The notes under the pieces: model-generated
Databases searched by the model: none
The model's input: only the letters and a program-made list of their open reading frames with translations
What the model was told of the DNA's origin: nothing
In this document: piece after piece, positions 1 to 12,562 of the stretch
Numbering within the stretch: position 1 is the stretch's first letter
Layout of the letters: each line of letters opens with the position of its first letter
Source of the DNA: Podarcis melisellensis
Taxonomy: Eukaryota
Strand: one strand, 5' to 3'
Assembly: GCA_964234715.1 (NCBI GenBank)
Contig: OZ174279.1
Length of the DNA: 64,000 nt
Position numbers and translations under genes: made by a program

Positions 1-1854
1 CAACTATGTATCTAACTGCTGATAGATAAAAATGAGAGACTTTTAATAAATAATCAGTTACATTAATAATATACTGGATTCTCAAAGCAGAACAGAACAT
101 GTTACTTTGCATAAATAATCAATCACAAAAAAAGTTTCATTGTAAATCTTAGATATGACACTGAGAGACTTGCTGTTTCAGTCTTTTTAAAGACATAGAT
201 GCATTTGTTAAAACTGTAAATAAAGCCAAGCAAACCTGATGTGTACTTTGATAATTCTACACAGCTTTTAAATTTATATTTTACCATCTCACAGACTCAA
301 CATAAAAGCAGCAATTGACAGAACTGGTTTTTGAATATACTTTTCTGGAAGCTGTACATTTTCTGGGTTTTTTTGAAATGTAGAGGGCGCTATTGCTCAT
401 GTATTTTGTAACAGTTTCCACATTTGGGGGGGGGGGGGGGGGAGAGAGAAAAGCCTCACATTTGTTTAATAGCTTGATGTTTACATTTCAAAAGTTTCCC
501 ATACATGGGGAACAAGAACATTTTATATTCTCTATTATTTGAATACAATCACTGTCAAAGTTAAATGTCAATGTTTCCATATAAAACTCACTTGGCAGAG
601 ATTGATACCTCAGCGCCTACTTCTTGGTATTCCAAAAGTTGCAGAGGAAATAGTTTCATTTTTGACAGTTTAAGCAGAAAAAACCATACTTTTTAAAAGT
701 GAAAAAGCAATTCCAGTTATTTTAAAGCCGATACACAATCCCCCACACACATACACACACAAGCATGCAGTGTAAAATCTTAGCATTTGGTGTTCAACAC
801 ACCTTACCAGCAGTGTGTAAGGTTATATCACCATGGATAATTTTCAGGCATTCCATACCCTACATAGCCTGCCTTATAAATAAACTCCTGTGATATATAT
901 TTTTTTAAAAAAATGCAGCACAACAGTGAAGTTTGTTTACAAAGGCTGGCAATGTACCAAATGCAAAGTTAAGAACTTCAGTAAAAGCAACTTTTAGGCT
1001 GCAGTACTTACATACTTGCCTGGAAGTAAGTTACATTGAACTTAATAGGACTTACTTCCAAGTAGACAATGCAAAATTAATTCAATGTGATATTTTCTCC
1101 CTGAGCGTCTTGGGTATGGCACTTTTATTTTGTTGGTTTTTTTAAGTATAGAATATTATTTTGGAACACGCTTTTTCTAACTTCTTTTCAGAATAAAACA
1201 CCACAGTCGAACAAACTTCATTGTTCCTCAGCTTCCATTAGCTTTAAAAATTTGACTCGAGAGTAGGTACTCTTGAAGAATCAATCATTAATGCCACATT
1301 CCTTATAACATAAACTAACACCACAGCTACAACATTTTCATACGTTTTTCACCCTTTCTCTGCCGTGGCCACAAGCAAACACACTTGTTCACTGAAAACG
1401 ATGGGTGGAAAGATGCTTAAAGCATGATCTGCATACTTACCCGGGAGTAAACGCATGGGACTTACTTCTGAGTACAGAGACACAGGAATGTGCTGTAAGT
1501 CTGTGTTGGATTGTGACTTGTATCTCTGAGGATGAAGAGGGAGAAATGGAAAAGCAGCTCAGTTAATTCCAAAATGCCAAGTTTCAACTCTGTGTCAGAA
1601 GTGTAAGAAAGTTGCTTAGCTGAAAAGGGGGGGGGGGGGAGCATCTACAGTCCTTTTCTGAAGTGAAGTATTTCTTAAACAGGCAATACAAAAGCAGGTC
1701 TAGGGTACTGAATTAGGCCTTCTAACTTTTGTAGGCACAAAAAGTCACCTCTCCTTCTCAGTGTATTTTGAAATGTAATTTGAAATTTGTAGAGGATTTA
1801 ATTATGGTTTGCCCATATCATCATTTTCATTTGCTTACAAATGAAGATGAACTG

Positions 1855-1929
1855 GTGTGCATGCACATGAAAGCTCACACCAGTGACAAACTTAGTTGGT
1901 CCTAAGGTGATACTGGAAGGATTTTTTTT
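1855..1929 (+). mobile_element. Degenerate Penelope-like element terminal-repeat fragment (partial hammerhead)
   Basis: GTGTGCATGCACATGAAAGCTCACACCAG...CTTAGTTGGTCCTAAGGTGATACTGGAAGGATTTTTTT aligns by eye with 15921-15995. The CTGAAGA part of the core is missing. Confidence 0.75.
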
Positions 1930-1982
1930 ATTTATTTTGCTTTAGCATACACTACAGTTTCTTTCACTATTCTACTACATCT

Positions 1983-2052
1983 ATAATAATAATAATAATA
2001 ATAATTTATTATTTATACCCCGCCCATCTGGCTGAGTTTCCCCAGCCACTCT
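1983..2052 (-). mobile_element. L2 LINE extreme 3' end with (TTA)n tail
   Basis: (TAA)n followed by TTTATACCCCGCCCATCTGGCTGAGTTTCCCCAGCCACTCT; this is the reverse complement of the tail of the L2 copy at 26140-26560. Confidence 0.75.
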
Positions 2053-2820
2053 ATCTATTGATTTCAATGGATTCTGTGTGAATTCTATATGCATCATCTT
2101 GGATCCATGTTGGATTCGGAAATGAAAAGGTAAATGTTGAAAAGAGTGTGTTTTATTTAGAGTGAAGAGATGTGTTCATTTCAAAGAACACTTTAAAATA
2201 AATTGGCTACTTTTCAAATAAGAAAATGGGCATTAAAAAGAATGTGCTGTTATTTCCCCCACCACCGCCACCACAACTGCCCTTTTATTTTAGTTCAAGA
2301 CAAGCTGTGGTTGCAAATACATTTATCAAGAATAGATAATACTCATTGTTTGCTTTTGTTCAGGCCAAGATTCATTCAAAAGTTTGGTGTTTTTTTAAAG
2401 AATGAGAAAAAGAGGCTTAAACCGTGCAGAGTAACAGTTGCATTTTATGATTATCAAGTCCTTTTGGACCAAGTCACCGAGAGCTTGACTGACTTGGATG
2501 CTGAGATGCATTTGGCCCTGTCTTGATGTCAAATCACTGCCATCAAAACAATGGCTCATATTACAGGAAAATCTTGTGCAAATGAGCCATAATGGAAGTG
2601 AATGACAATCTCCTAAGAGTATGCGGCAGGATTCGCCTTTGATCTGAAATACTGTTAATCTTTCTCAAACATAACACTAAGTATACTTGGCAAATCCTGT
2701 AAGAGAGAGTTTTCATATAGTGCAGGCCTGCAGAATCGAGAACCGTTAAGTGAAATACATGCCAATCAAGAGTTCCATATTAGCTACACAATTCTTTGCA
2801 CTTCTGAGCATTGTTCTGGA

Positions 2821-2860
<40 letters not shown>
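2821..2860. repeat. (TAT)n microsatellite
   Basis: About 13 perfect TAT units. Confidence 0.95.
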
Positions 2861-5103
2861 TTGTTCCTTTGTAGCAAGTGGGGTGGGGTCGAGGTTCTTT
2901 GCAACCATGTGAAACAATAGATTTAATTCAGCATGGGATATTGGTTGTCGCATACAAAGTACTCGATCAGAGGCATTTTTAAATTAAAATTCTGCAATAA
3001 TTTGCAGTATTGGGGCTGGTCTTGCAAAACTGCTTTGTTTCAAAATGCACTCATTCACCCCCGCTTTAGATTGCAGTTTTATTACAGCTGTAGAGCTGGA
3101 AACAAGCCAAATTACATACATTGATATTTTTCCTTCGTAATCAAAGCATGATAGGACAGCTTAAACAATAGGAGAGATTTCCACGGCAAAATTCAGCAGC
3201 AGTACATCTTGTGTAGAATATTGTGGATAATAAAACCTCCCATTTTGACATGTTTTATAGTCAAATCACACCCTGTGTGCATGTGCAGCCAAATATGTAC
3301 AGCGTATGTAGACAAATGCAAAGAGGGTAAATCATATTGATTCAGTGCTGGTCGGAAATATGTCTCTTTCAGTTTTGTGCTGCTTTTGAAGTACTGCCTA
3401 AAATCAACCCTGGGCTTCAAAGGGATGGGATTATAGCCTTTATCCAGCAATTAATATGGTTGAAACTCAGAATGTCAGCACCTGACAACTATCCAGACCG
3501 GGCAGTAGCTTGGTAGGGGTCCAGTTCCCCTGAAGAATTGGAGTTTACAATAAAATTAGTGCATAAATAGATTGAAATATTGGGAGGGGAGGGGAAAGAG
3601 CATACAATTTCTAATGTCTAACGACCTGTCTCTATTTTGACATGAAGGGGAGAGAAAAAATGGTGGTGTCCCTTGACCTTTAACCTGCCTTATCCACCTA
3701 GATCATTTTAATCTCCCACCAACTGTTAAGCAGAAAGAGTGCTATTAAAGAGAAAGCTATTCCTTTTGCCTTCTTACATAGATCAGATGACAACCTTCCC
3801 AAGTCCCTCCTCTCCGTCAGAGTTCAAGGGTTCAAAAATGGTCAGGATATCAAGGAAGAGTACGCCAGCAGGATGCAACAAGAAAGAGTTCTGAGCACTT
3901 TTTTATTTTTAATGCAGAGTAAATAGATAGACCGACAAATAAGATATTGTGTTTGTGTTTGTGTGAGGGTGGGTGTACACACACACATTGAAATTTTACT
4001 TCTGACTACTTTTCCCTCAGAAAGGGTTATAATTTTAGGGGGGAATGCAGCATTTGCGATCATCTGAAACGGCTCACTTAAGAAAGGCATTCAAGAAAAA
4101 TCGAAGAACGTGACACGACAAATTATTAAAAAAAGGAGTTCTTTGCACAGATAGTAAATAACACAACCATGCATTTAGGTACATGCGTAAAGCATGAATA
4201 ATTTATGACCTAGCCATGATACCTCTAATGTACAGCTGGGCTATGAAATCTTTCCTAGGAGGTAGCATAAAATGCGGAGGGGGTGAGCTTCTTGCAGTTC
4301 TCTGTGTGTGTATATGTGTCTGTATATACATAGATTTATATGCATAGCCTTGTGAAGCTCACATTTTTAACTGCACATGTTGGTTGTGATGGCATTATGT
4401 GTTTCTTCCTAGATCTTCCACTGGCTTTGATGAAAACATTCCAGGTGTGTGGGAGTGTGGGTGTGGGTGTGCGGCTTGCTCAAAAAACTCCCCAATAAGT
4501 GAGTGAGACATGCGAATCAACATGTTTAATTTATGAAAATCCAAACTTTGTTACTAAAAGCAGCCGCAAAACTCTGCGTTGATGGAGGCAGGAGGGAGAA
4601 CGACTGAACGGCAGAACTTTAATCATGACGATGCTTTGTTGGTTGCTGTTTGTAATACAGCAGGCTACCATAAATAATGGACAAGAGGAGAGAAAGAGAT
4701 TTTATCTTTTTTGTATCCTAGTGGTGGTTGTGTCCAGCAGCATTAGTCAGTGATAGGTGGTTAATAAGAACCACAAGACACCAGAAATCAAAGGCTTCAA
4801 AGTGCTTCTTGACTTGCTATTTCACAACATGTCATGGCATGGGGATCCTCAGGATTGCAAGGAGTGATACATGCACAGGAGAGACAAAGCCACGCACACA
4901 AAAATAAGAGCTTTGCTTGCTGTTTTGACCACAGTGATGCCTTTCGCCGAAGAGACAAGCCGTTTTTAAAACTGAGAAACCACTTGCCTTTTCAGCAATA
5001 GAAATCTCTAAAGTAAAAACAACAAGAAAAGTTTTGGGTGGGTGCACAGGCTTGGAGGCAAAGAAGCCTGAGCAGAATTCCACTTGTACAATAGGGCTTC
5101 CCT

Positions 5104-5807
5104 AAAATATGGTCTGAAGCTCAACATCAAAAAAACGAAGATCATGGCCACTGGGCCCATCACCTCCTGGCAAATAGAAGGGGAAGAAATGGAGGCAGTG
5201 AGAGATTTTACTTTCTTGGGCTCCATGATCACTGCAGATGGTGACAGCAGCCACGAAATTAAAAGATGCCTGCTTCTTGGGAGAAAAGCAATGACAAACC
5301 TAGACAGCATCTTAAAAAGTTGAGACATCACCTTGCCAACAAAGGTCCATATAGTAAAAGCTATGGTTTTCCCTGTAGTGATGTATGGAAGTGAGAGGTG
5401 GACCATAAAGAAGGCTGATCGCCGAAGAATTGAAGCTTTTGAATTATGGTGCTGGGGAGACTCTTGAGAGTCCCATGGACTGCAAGAAGATCAAACCTAT
5501 CCATTCTGAAGGAAATCAGCCCTGAGTGCTCACTGGAAGGATAGATCATGAAGCTGAGGCTCCAATACTTTGGCCACCTCATGAGAAGAGAAGACTCCCT
5601 GGAAAAGACCCTGATGTTGGGAAAGATGGAGGGCACAAGGAGAAGGGGACGGCAGAGGACGAGATGGTTGGATAATGTCTTCGAAGCTACCAGCATGAGT
5701 TTGACCAAACTGCGGGAGGCAGTGGAAGACAGAAGTGCCTGGCGTGCTCTGGTCCATGGGGTCATGAAGAGTCGGACACGACTAAACGACTAAACAACAA
5801 CAACAAC
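5104..5807 (+). mobile_element. Bov-B (RTE clade) LINE, 5'-truncated, with (CAA)n tail
   Basis: ORF2 C-terminal motifs GLKLNIKKTKIM, FTFLGSMITADGDSSHEIKR, LRLQYFGHLMRREDSLEKTLMLGK and WRALVHGV. There is an in-frame stop at 5321 and a frameshift. The 3' end is GAGTCGGACACGACTAAACGACTAAACAACAAC. Confidence 0.95.
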
Positions 5808-6805
5808 ACCTCCTTGTGATCCTTCAAAACTTCTCTGGACCACCAGGGATCCTCTGCAGTGACATGGGCACTGTGAAAGAGGGCAGAAACCAGGGGACTG
5901 CCTTGCATCAGTGCAAGGGCCTTTCACCTATACAAGAACTAGTTTCAATCCCAATCTATGTTCTCTCCTGTAGGTGCATGTTCTTTCCCCCCTATAATCA
6001 GGTCGACACCTTATCTAAAACATAACATGCTGAAGATCCATCCAGCATCTCTCTGTTGTGTTAGCATGAAGAGCAAGTTCTTGCCTTGATGTAATATTTG
6101 AACCCCTACCTAGCAGTGCTTTCTGCACTACATTGACATAATTAGTAATTCCATTCCTGGATTTGCATCAAAATACACTACAGATTGGCCTGTTACCTGA
6201 AAACAGCTGCTCTTCACATTGCCTTTTACCTGGCAGCAGCCAGCCTCGATCATTAGCTGAGGGCCAATGTAAATGTTACCTATTCCAAATGGGACTACCC
6301 CAAAAAAAAAAAAAAAAGCTTTCACTCACAGTGGCATTCCACACGGTGGGGGCAATATTTCAAAGTCTGTCACCCCAAGCTTTAGTGGCATTGCACACTG
6401 TGGGTGGTGGCAGACCTTGGGGTCTCAAATTTCAATGGTGCCCTGTGCAACACAAAAATTCAGTGTTCCCCGCCTCTCACACTACATTCCAAGTTACAGT
6501 TGTATCATCTCCTGGGGCACACGCGAGGCTCTGTTCCAGGTGCAACCGAACCTGCCATGCTCCCCTAAATCCACCTCTGCTGTGGAAAAGTGAAGGAAAA
6601 TAACAGATTTCAGAAAGCAAGTGTCCATGAGTGCAAAATGCCCAAAGTGTCCCAGCCTGGCCAATAACTGCCATGGTGACATCTTCATTGGACTGCAATA
6701 AGCAGGTAAAAGATTGGTCGCTTGAGGAAGCAAAGCTGGAGAGATCCTATCTAGGAAAGAGCAGTCTGTGGCATTTCAGATGAGGTAGAAAAATGATTAA
6801 TGATA

Positions 6806-7131
6806 NNNNNNNNNNNNNNNNNNNNNNNNNNNNNNNNNNNNNNNNNNNNNNNNNNNNNNNNNNNNNNNNNNNNNNNNNNNNNNNNNNNNNNNNNNNNNNN
6901 NNNNNNNNNNNNNNNNNNNNNNNNNNNNNNNNNNNNNNNNNNNNNNNNNNNNNNNNNNNNNNNNNNNNNNNNNNNNNNNNNNNNNNNNNNNNNNNNNNNN
7001 NNNNNNNNNNNNNNNNNNNNNNNNNNNNNNNNNNNNNNNNNNNNNNNNNNNNNNNNNNNNNNNNNNNNNNNNNNNNNNNNNNNNNNNNNNNNNNNNNNNN
7101 NNNNNNNNNNNNNNNNNNNNNNNNNNNNNNN
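6806..7131. other. Assembly gap (326 N)
   Basis: Run of n characters. Confidence 1.
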
Positions 7132-7631
7132 TTGTTCCCAGTTAGGGTTTGGTGACAATAATAGACTGAAGAAAACTCCCAAGAGGAATAGTGTGATTCC
7201 CACTTCAAGTGTATAAATGACCATCGTCCTCCCAACTTTTTAAGAAGCAATCATACACCCCAAATTGGTTATTCTAACATCTTTGTACTGTCATGTTCTG
7301 TCTTCATCCCTGTCAAAGCATTCCTGACACTCAGTGGTGATTCAGATTTACTGAGCCAAAGCCTCTATACTGGCAATAACCACCATCTCGGGTGAGGAAA
7401 AGGAGCAGAACAGGATACAGAGCTTTTATGTGGCATAGAATTGAGAGGACAGAGGGCGATTCTGATGAAGACAAGACGGCACATCCTCCTAAGGCCCTTT
7501 TCAGCTATGGAGATAATTGGGGAAAGCATATGTGTATTGTAGCAAGCAGCCATACCCATTTGAAATAATCTAATTAACGAGGAGCAAAGCAGGATAGCTA
7601 TAGCTATGCCAGCACAAGCTGCTCTATGTGC

Positions 7632-7902
7632 CAGGTGTGGCCCTCTTGAGTTTGATGAAGCACAACTCCCATCATCCCTAGCCATTGACCATGCTTGCTA
7701 TGGCTGATGGGAGTTGTAGTTCAGCAACATCTAGAGCAGGCATAGGCAAACTCGGCCCTCCAGATGTTTTGGGACTACAACTCCCATCATCCCTGACCAC
7801 TGGTCCTGTTAGCTAGGGATGATGGGAGTTGTAGTCCCAAAACATCTGGAGGGCCGAGTTTGCCTATGCCTGATCTAGAGGGTTAAAGGTTCCCTGCACC
7901 TG
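7632..7902. mobile_element. Older degenerate hAT-type palindromic MITE (host of the insertion at 7737-7872)
   Basis: CAGGTG...CACCTG ends and an internal ACAACTCCCATCA...TGATGGGAGTTGT palindrome, interrupted at ATCTAGAG. Confidence 0.7.
7737..7872. mobile_element. Young hAT (Charlie-like) MITE, 136 bp
   Basis: Perfect 58-bp inverted arms (7737-7794 and 7815-7872) starting CAGGCATAGGCAAACTC. 8-bp TSD ATCTAGAG at 7729-7736 and 7873-7880. Confidence 0.92.
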
Positions 7903-8066
7903 CTCACAACTATGCATATTTACCGTACATAGGTGCAAGCAAGTCTGGGTGTTTCATTTAATGTCTCAAAATGCAAACACAAGATGTTTTCACTAGATCA
8001 GGAATGGACCATCTCGCCAACCTTTTTGGACTAGTGAGCATGTTTTAAATTTTGAGAGAGTGCTGT

Positions 8067-8432
8067 GGAGACGCGGGTGGCGCTGTGGGTAAAATCTCAG
8101 TGCCTAGGACTTGCCAATCATATGTTTGGCGGTTCGAATCCCCGCGGCGGGGTGAGCTCCCGTCGTTCGGTCCCAGCTCCTGCCCACCTTGCAGTTCGAA
8201 AGCACCCCTAAGTGCAAGTAGATAAATAGGTACCGCTTTATTGCGGGAAGGTAAACGGCGTTTCTGTGCGCTGCACTGGTGCTGGCTCGCCAGATGCCGC
8301 TTAGTCACGCTGGCCATGTGACCCGGAAGTGTCTTCGGACAGCGCTGGCCCCCGGCCTCTTAAGCAAGATGAGCACGCAACCCCAGAGTCGGTCACGACT
8401 GGCCCGTACGGGCAGGGGTACCTTTACCTTTA
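8067..8432 (+). mobile_element. Sauria SINE (subfamily type A)
   Basis: tRNA-like head GACGCGGGTGGCGCTGTGGG with B-box GGTTCGAATCC. Conserved core GCAAGTAGATAAATAGGTACCGC, Bov-B-like 3' end AGAGTCGGTCACGACT, and (ACCTTT)n tail. Confidence 0.93.
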
Positions 8433-8944
8433 AGCCCCGTTAAACATGAAGAGACTAATTTCTGAGCAGGCGTGTCTATCATTTAACTGTGAATTAACTA
8501 TACAGTAAATTCTTAATTGGTGCCTGCTCTTCAGCTCCTGCTCAGCTAGAGACATGCCCAAATCTCTTTGCAAAGTATTCACATTTGGCATTGAGGTGGA
8601 GGGGATTCTTTAATATTCACCCACACTTATTGTGTAGTAGTATTTGCAGAAAATAAGTTCTAGGGAGTACCTGATCTGAGAAGAACCCACCACAGGCTGC
8701 TAGAGGGATATGAAGGGCAAACTATGGAGTTTCCAAAGAGTTAAAAATAAGACCAAAGCAGGAAAAGTACACTAAAGGGGTGGGGAAATAGCCGCTCTTT
8801 AAGGCACCGCAGGTTCCCATTGCCTTGGGTCCTAACAACTCACTCATCAGTCTCAACTCTGACTTCACTCACTGGCTAGTGAGTGGGAGCTCACTCACTG
8901 GGAGCAGCTAGGCTGGTTCAGTTCACTGATCTGGCAACCCACAG

Positions 8945-9072
8945 GTAATCTGTGGCCCTCTAGATGTTGTTAGACTCTAGCTCTCATTCACCCCAGCCAG
9001 GATAGTCAGTGGTCCAGGAAAATGGGAGTTGTAGTCCAGCAATAACTGAAGTGCCTGAGGTACTCCATCCCA
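8945..9072. mobile_element. Degenerate hAT MITE, same family as 7737-7872
   Basis: TGGCCCTCTAGATGTTGTTAGACT...TGGGAGTTGTAGTCC remnants. Confidence 0.55.
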
Positions 9073-9213
9073 TGCTCATACTCATCTCCTTACTTTCTCA
9101 ATAGATATTAATTCTTTTGTTCTTGCATATTTTGTTTGAGACGCCCGTACAGTCTTTGTTTGTGTATTCCATAGCTGTTCCTGCTGTGGTTCTCACTGTT
9201 TCCTGGATGCTAG

Positions 9214-9550
9214 GTAAAGGGAACCATGACTGTTAGGTCCAGTTGCGGACGACTCTGGGGTTGCGGCGCTCATCTCACTTTATTGGCCGAAGGAGCCGGC
9301 GTACAGCTTCCAGGTCATGTGGCCAGCATGACTAAGCCGCTTCTGGCGAACCAGAGCAGCACACGGAAATGCTGTTTACCTTCCCACTGGAGCAGTACCT
9401 ATGTATCTACTTGCACTTTGATGTGCTTTCAAACTGCTAGGTTGGCTGGAGCAGGGACCGAGCAACAGGAGTTCACCCCATCGCAGGAATTCAAACCGCT
9501 GACCTTCTGATCAGCAAGTCCTAGGCTCTGTGGTTTAGACCACAGCACCA
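9214..9550 (-). mobile_element. Sauria SINE (type B)
   Basis: Reverse complement of the Sauria SINE body. 12-bp TSD CCTGGATGCTAG at 9202-9213 and 9551-9562. Confidence 0.92.
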
Positions 9551-10104
9551 CCTGGATGCTAGATCACTATCAAACAACAACCAATGGTAGGATACAAACA
9601 GAAACAATGAAAAAAAGTAACTTGTATACAATACTTGTATGCAAAATGACAAAAGAGAGAGAGAGAGAGCAGGATTTGGCTCCTTGATTCATTGGTAGTA
9701 GCAATCTTAGAAGAAGAAATTCACTGCCATGATAAACTATTTTCACGCTTTGCAAAAGGCATTCTTTATGGAGCCACTGCACTATCAGTGTGGTTAGAAT
9801 GGGGAGTGGACAGAAGAATGCCAGACTTTCGTTCAGCATTGTGAACGCGAACACAACAAAGTATCGTGCCTGCTAACAGCAATCTCAATTATGCAAGTTT
9901 CCTTATGCAGCCATCACAGCAGCGTCCAAACGCTGGAGGGAAGGATATGTGTGCTTTGAGAAACCCTAAGGTATGAAGAACTACAGAAAAGAAAAAAGAA
10001 TCTTTTGGGGGAAACTCTCAGAAGAGGAACCCCCAAAACTAGAGCCCAATGACAACTGACAGTATGCTGAATGGCTGCTGGGGGAGGAAGAATGGGATGG
10101 GGTA

Positions 10105-10333
10105 CAGTGGTACCTTGGTACCTGAATGGCTTGGCTCCCGAACAAATTGGCTCCCAAACACTGCAAACCTAGAAGTAAGTGTTCCGGTTTGCGAAGGTTT
10201 CTCGGAAGCCGAACGTCTGATGCAGCTTCTGCTTGAGTGCAGGAGGCTCCTGTAGCCAATCAGAAGCCACGACTTGGTTTTTGAACGGTTTCGGGAGTCG
10301 AACGGATTAAGTTTGAGAAGCAAGGTACCACTG
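10105..10333. mobile_element. Tc1/mariner (Tigger/pogo-like) MITE
   Basis: TA|CAGTGGTACCTTG ... CAAGGTACCACTG|TA terminal inverted repeats with TA TSD. Confidence 0.9.
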
Positions 10334-10463
10334 TATTCTCTAAACAGTGGATGCTGGCTCATTAGGATGAGAGCGCTATTGCCCCACCAGCATTAGTTCA
10401 TGCTCAGACACCTGCCTGCCTCCTTATAACCAGTCCATGGGATGGCACTGCTAATAGTTTCCT

Positions 10464-10563
10464 CCTCCTTAGTGCAGCCCATTGTAGAACTCAACAGGAA
10501 GGAGGATGGAGACCTCCTTAGTGCAGCCCATTGTAGAACTCAACAGGAAGGAGGATGGAGACC
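10464..10563. repeat. Exact tandem duplication of 49 bp
   Basis: CCTCCTTAGTGCAGCCCATTGTAGAACTCAACAGGAAGGAGGATGGAGA occurs twice, starting at 10464 and 10513. Confidence 0.95.
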
Positions 10564-11940
10564 AACCTAGAATTAGCTGGCTTTGCCTATCATTGGCTCT
10601 GGCTCTACCTGTCATTGGTCTGCCTGCCTTCCGACTTACCAGTCCCAATGGGCACCAGCTGCCAATGATTCTAAAATAAGACATGGCTGGATAACTGGAA
10701 CCCTGGACAGGAGCACTTTACCTGCAATGTTTAGTTGCAGATGCCACCTGTATCTAATGTTTGTTAATGGCAGCTGCTCAAGTCCAGATCCAGTCCAGAA
10801 CCCAATGAAGATCAACTATGAAAACGTATCCTGGTTAATTGATAGGAAAGTACTCAAACTGAACATGGCTGCTAAAGATGGGGAAGGATAGATAATAAAT
10901 TGAGTTATGCCATCCCCAAATTATTCAAAATGTTCCTTTTTTTTAAGAGTATAAAACATGACCAGGTTCTCAATAGCTTGAGAAATCCCAAGTTGTTTAG
11001 TGAACTACAGCTAGCTTGTTCCATTGCATTTGGATGAAGGAATCTTTAATTTTGAAATTCACTGCCTCTCCACCATTACAAGACCCTCCAGGGCAATGAT
11101 CTATCAAGTTCTGACTGTCTCAAACTGTTTGTGCTGGATTCAGCATCTATCACTCCTCTGACTTGCTGCACAATCAGCCAAGAAACAATAATTTTCAATT
11201 AAGAAACCTGGAGAAGACTTGGGGACTTGATTTATGGTGCATGACTAATTACCAAATAGCTAGTCTAATGAAAATTAAGCTCCTGGTTACTACAAAGATT
11301 TAACTTCATTTTCATGAAAGGATGTTGATATGACACAAGATATAATTTACTGAAATGTTATTATATGTGTTAAGACAATAAAATGCTATAATTTGTAATT
11401 AAAATGATCTTATTCTAATTGCATATCAATGCAGTATTTACAATATGAACAGTTATGTCACAATACTTTTCTGAGTCCCGTCCCCCCCCCCCACATCATA
11501 TATCTAAAGGCAATAAGGCCCCTCTGACTAGCTTCACTCGCTCATTCATTCTCTCACTCCAGGCCAAACTACATGTTACGCTGGGAGATCTGTGATTGAT
11601 CTCCCGGCTTTTTAATTTCTTTTTACTGAATGCAGATGTGGGAGCTGTTAATTTGGTTGGGGAAGCAGCATGGGGGCTGGAGGTGTTTAACACTTTCACT
11701 CTGTGACATTTTCCTGATCTACATTGCCCCCTGCAAACACCTCTTTGCTGCGGGAGGGAGAGAGGAAGTGGTGGTGTATTACAATACACTCGCCCATATC
11801 ATTGCTGCAGTTTTCCCCTATAGAGCAAATAACTTGAGAAGAGTTTATGTAGAGTTGGAAAGTGGCACGGGGGGGGGGAGAGTTAAACACCCCCACCTAT
11901 TAATGCACACAAACATGCACATCTCAGATGCAGAATCATA

Positions 11941-12562
11941 CAAGGTGTGACTGGAAAGTTTGGTGAATGGTCACAGAAATCGGACAGCAAGAAATATTCG
12001 AACATACCTTACAGGTCTTCAAAGTAGGCCCCTTCTGACACAATGCACCATTGACAACGTTCGTAGAACTGTTGGAAACTTCTGGAGAAGTCCTCTTTTC
12101 AGTTCCCTCATCACAAAAGCTTGGACGTGTGAAATGTTGGAAAATCTGTGCCTTTCAGTGCAGATTTCAGTTTTGGAAAAAGAAAGAAATCCGGTGGGGC
12201 CAGATCAGGAGAATATGGAGGGTGGGACAACTCAGTAACCTCAGTAACAATTTCACATGGAATATGCAATTCTTCCACCATCATTCAGACGGACAAACGT
12301 CGATCCCGCATCAGTGACTCACGAACTCTGTTGACATTTGCTGCCATTCTGCTCATCAACGGTCTGCCAGACCAAGGGTCACCTTCGATGGTTTGCTGCC
12401 CTTCACAGAAACACTTCACTCATACACTGTCTTTCGAGTTACAGCTTCATCTCCGTACACAATTGTGAGCATTTTATGGGTTCCCAATGCTGATTGTATG
12501 CTTGAATATTTCTCGTTGTCCGATTTCTGTGACAGTTCACCAAACTCTCCGGTCACACCTTG
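11941..12562 (-). mobile_element. Internally deleted mariner transposon with transposase remnants
   Basis: Imperfect TIRs of ~65 bp (CAAGGTGTGACTGGAAAGTTTGGTGAA... / ...TTCACCAAACTCTCCGGTCACACCTTG) flanked by TA. Minus-strand remnants read HKMLTIVYGDEAVTRKTVYE, EGDPWSGRP...DRRLSV, and LSHPPYSPDLAPPDFFLFPKLK (the mariner YSPDLAPxD motif). Confidence 0.92.

Larger units (their letters stand above)
1..4664 (-). other. Putative terminal exon / long 3' UTR of an unidentified minus-strand gene
   Basis: A minus-strand acceptor-like site (TCTCTTTCTCTCCTCTTGTCCATTATTTATGGTAG|CCTGCTG; AG at 4666-4665) is followed by a short frame, PAVLQTATNKASS* (stop 4625-4623) or xLLYYKQQPTKHRHD*. Then comes ~4.6 kb of repeat-poor sequence that is U-rich on the minus strand. 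Gene not recognised; the left boundary is unknown. Confidence 0.35.

Noticed and set aside
5008-5765. Recurrent minus-strand ORFs (MTPWTRARQALL..., MDQSTPG...), also at 43404, 54794 and 59150
   Set aside because: They are antisense frames of Bov-B copies; recurrence reflects the repeat, not a gene family.
6747-7250. Four ORFs of 120-167 aa
   Set aside because: They are artefacts of translating through the N gap.
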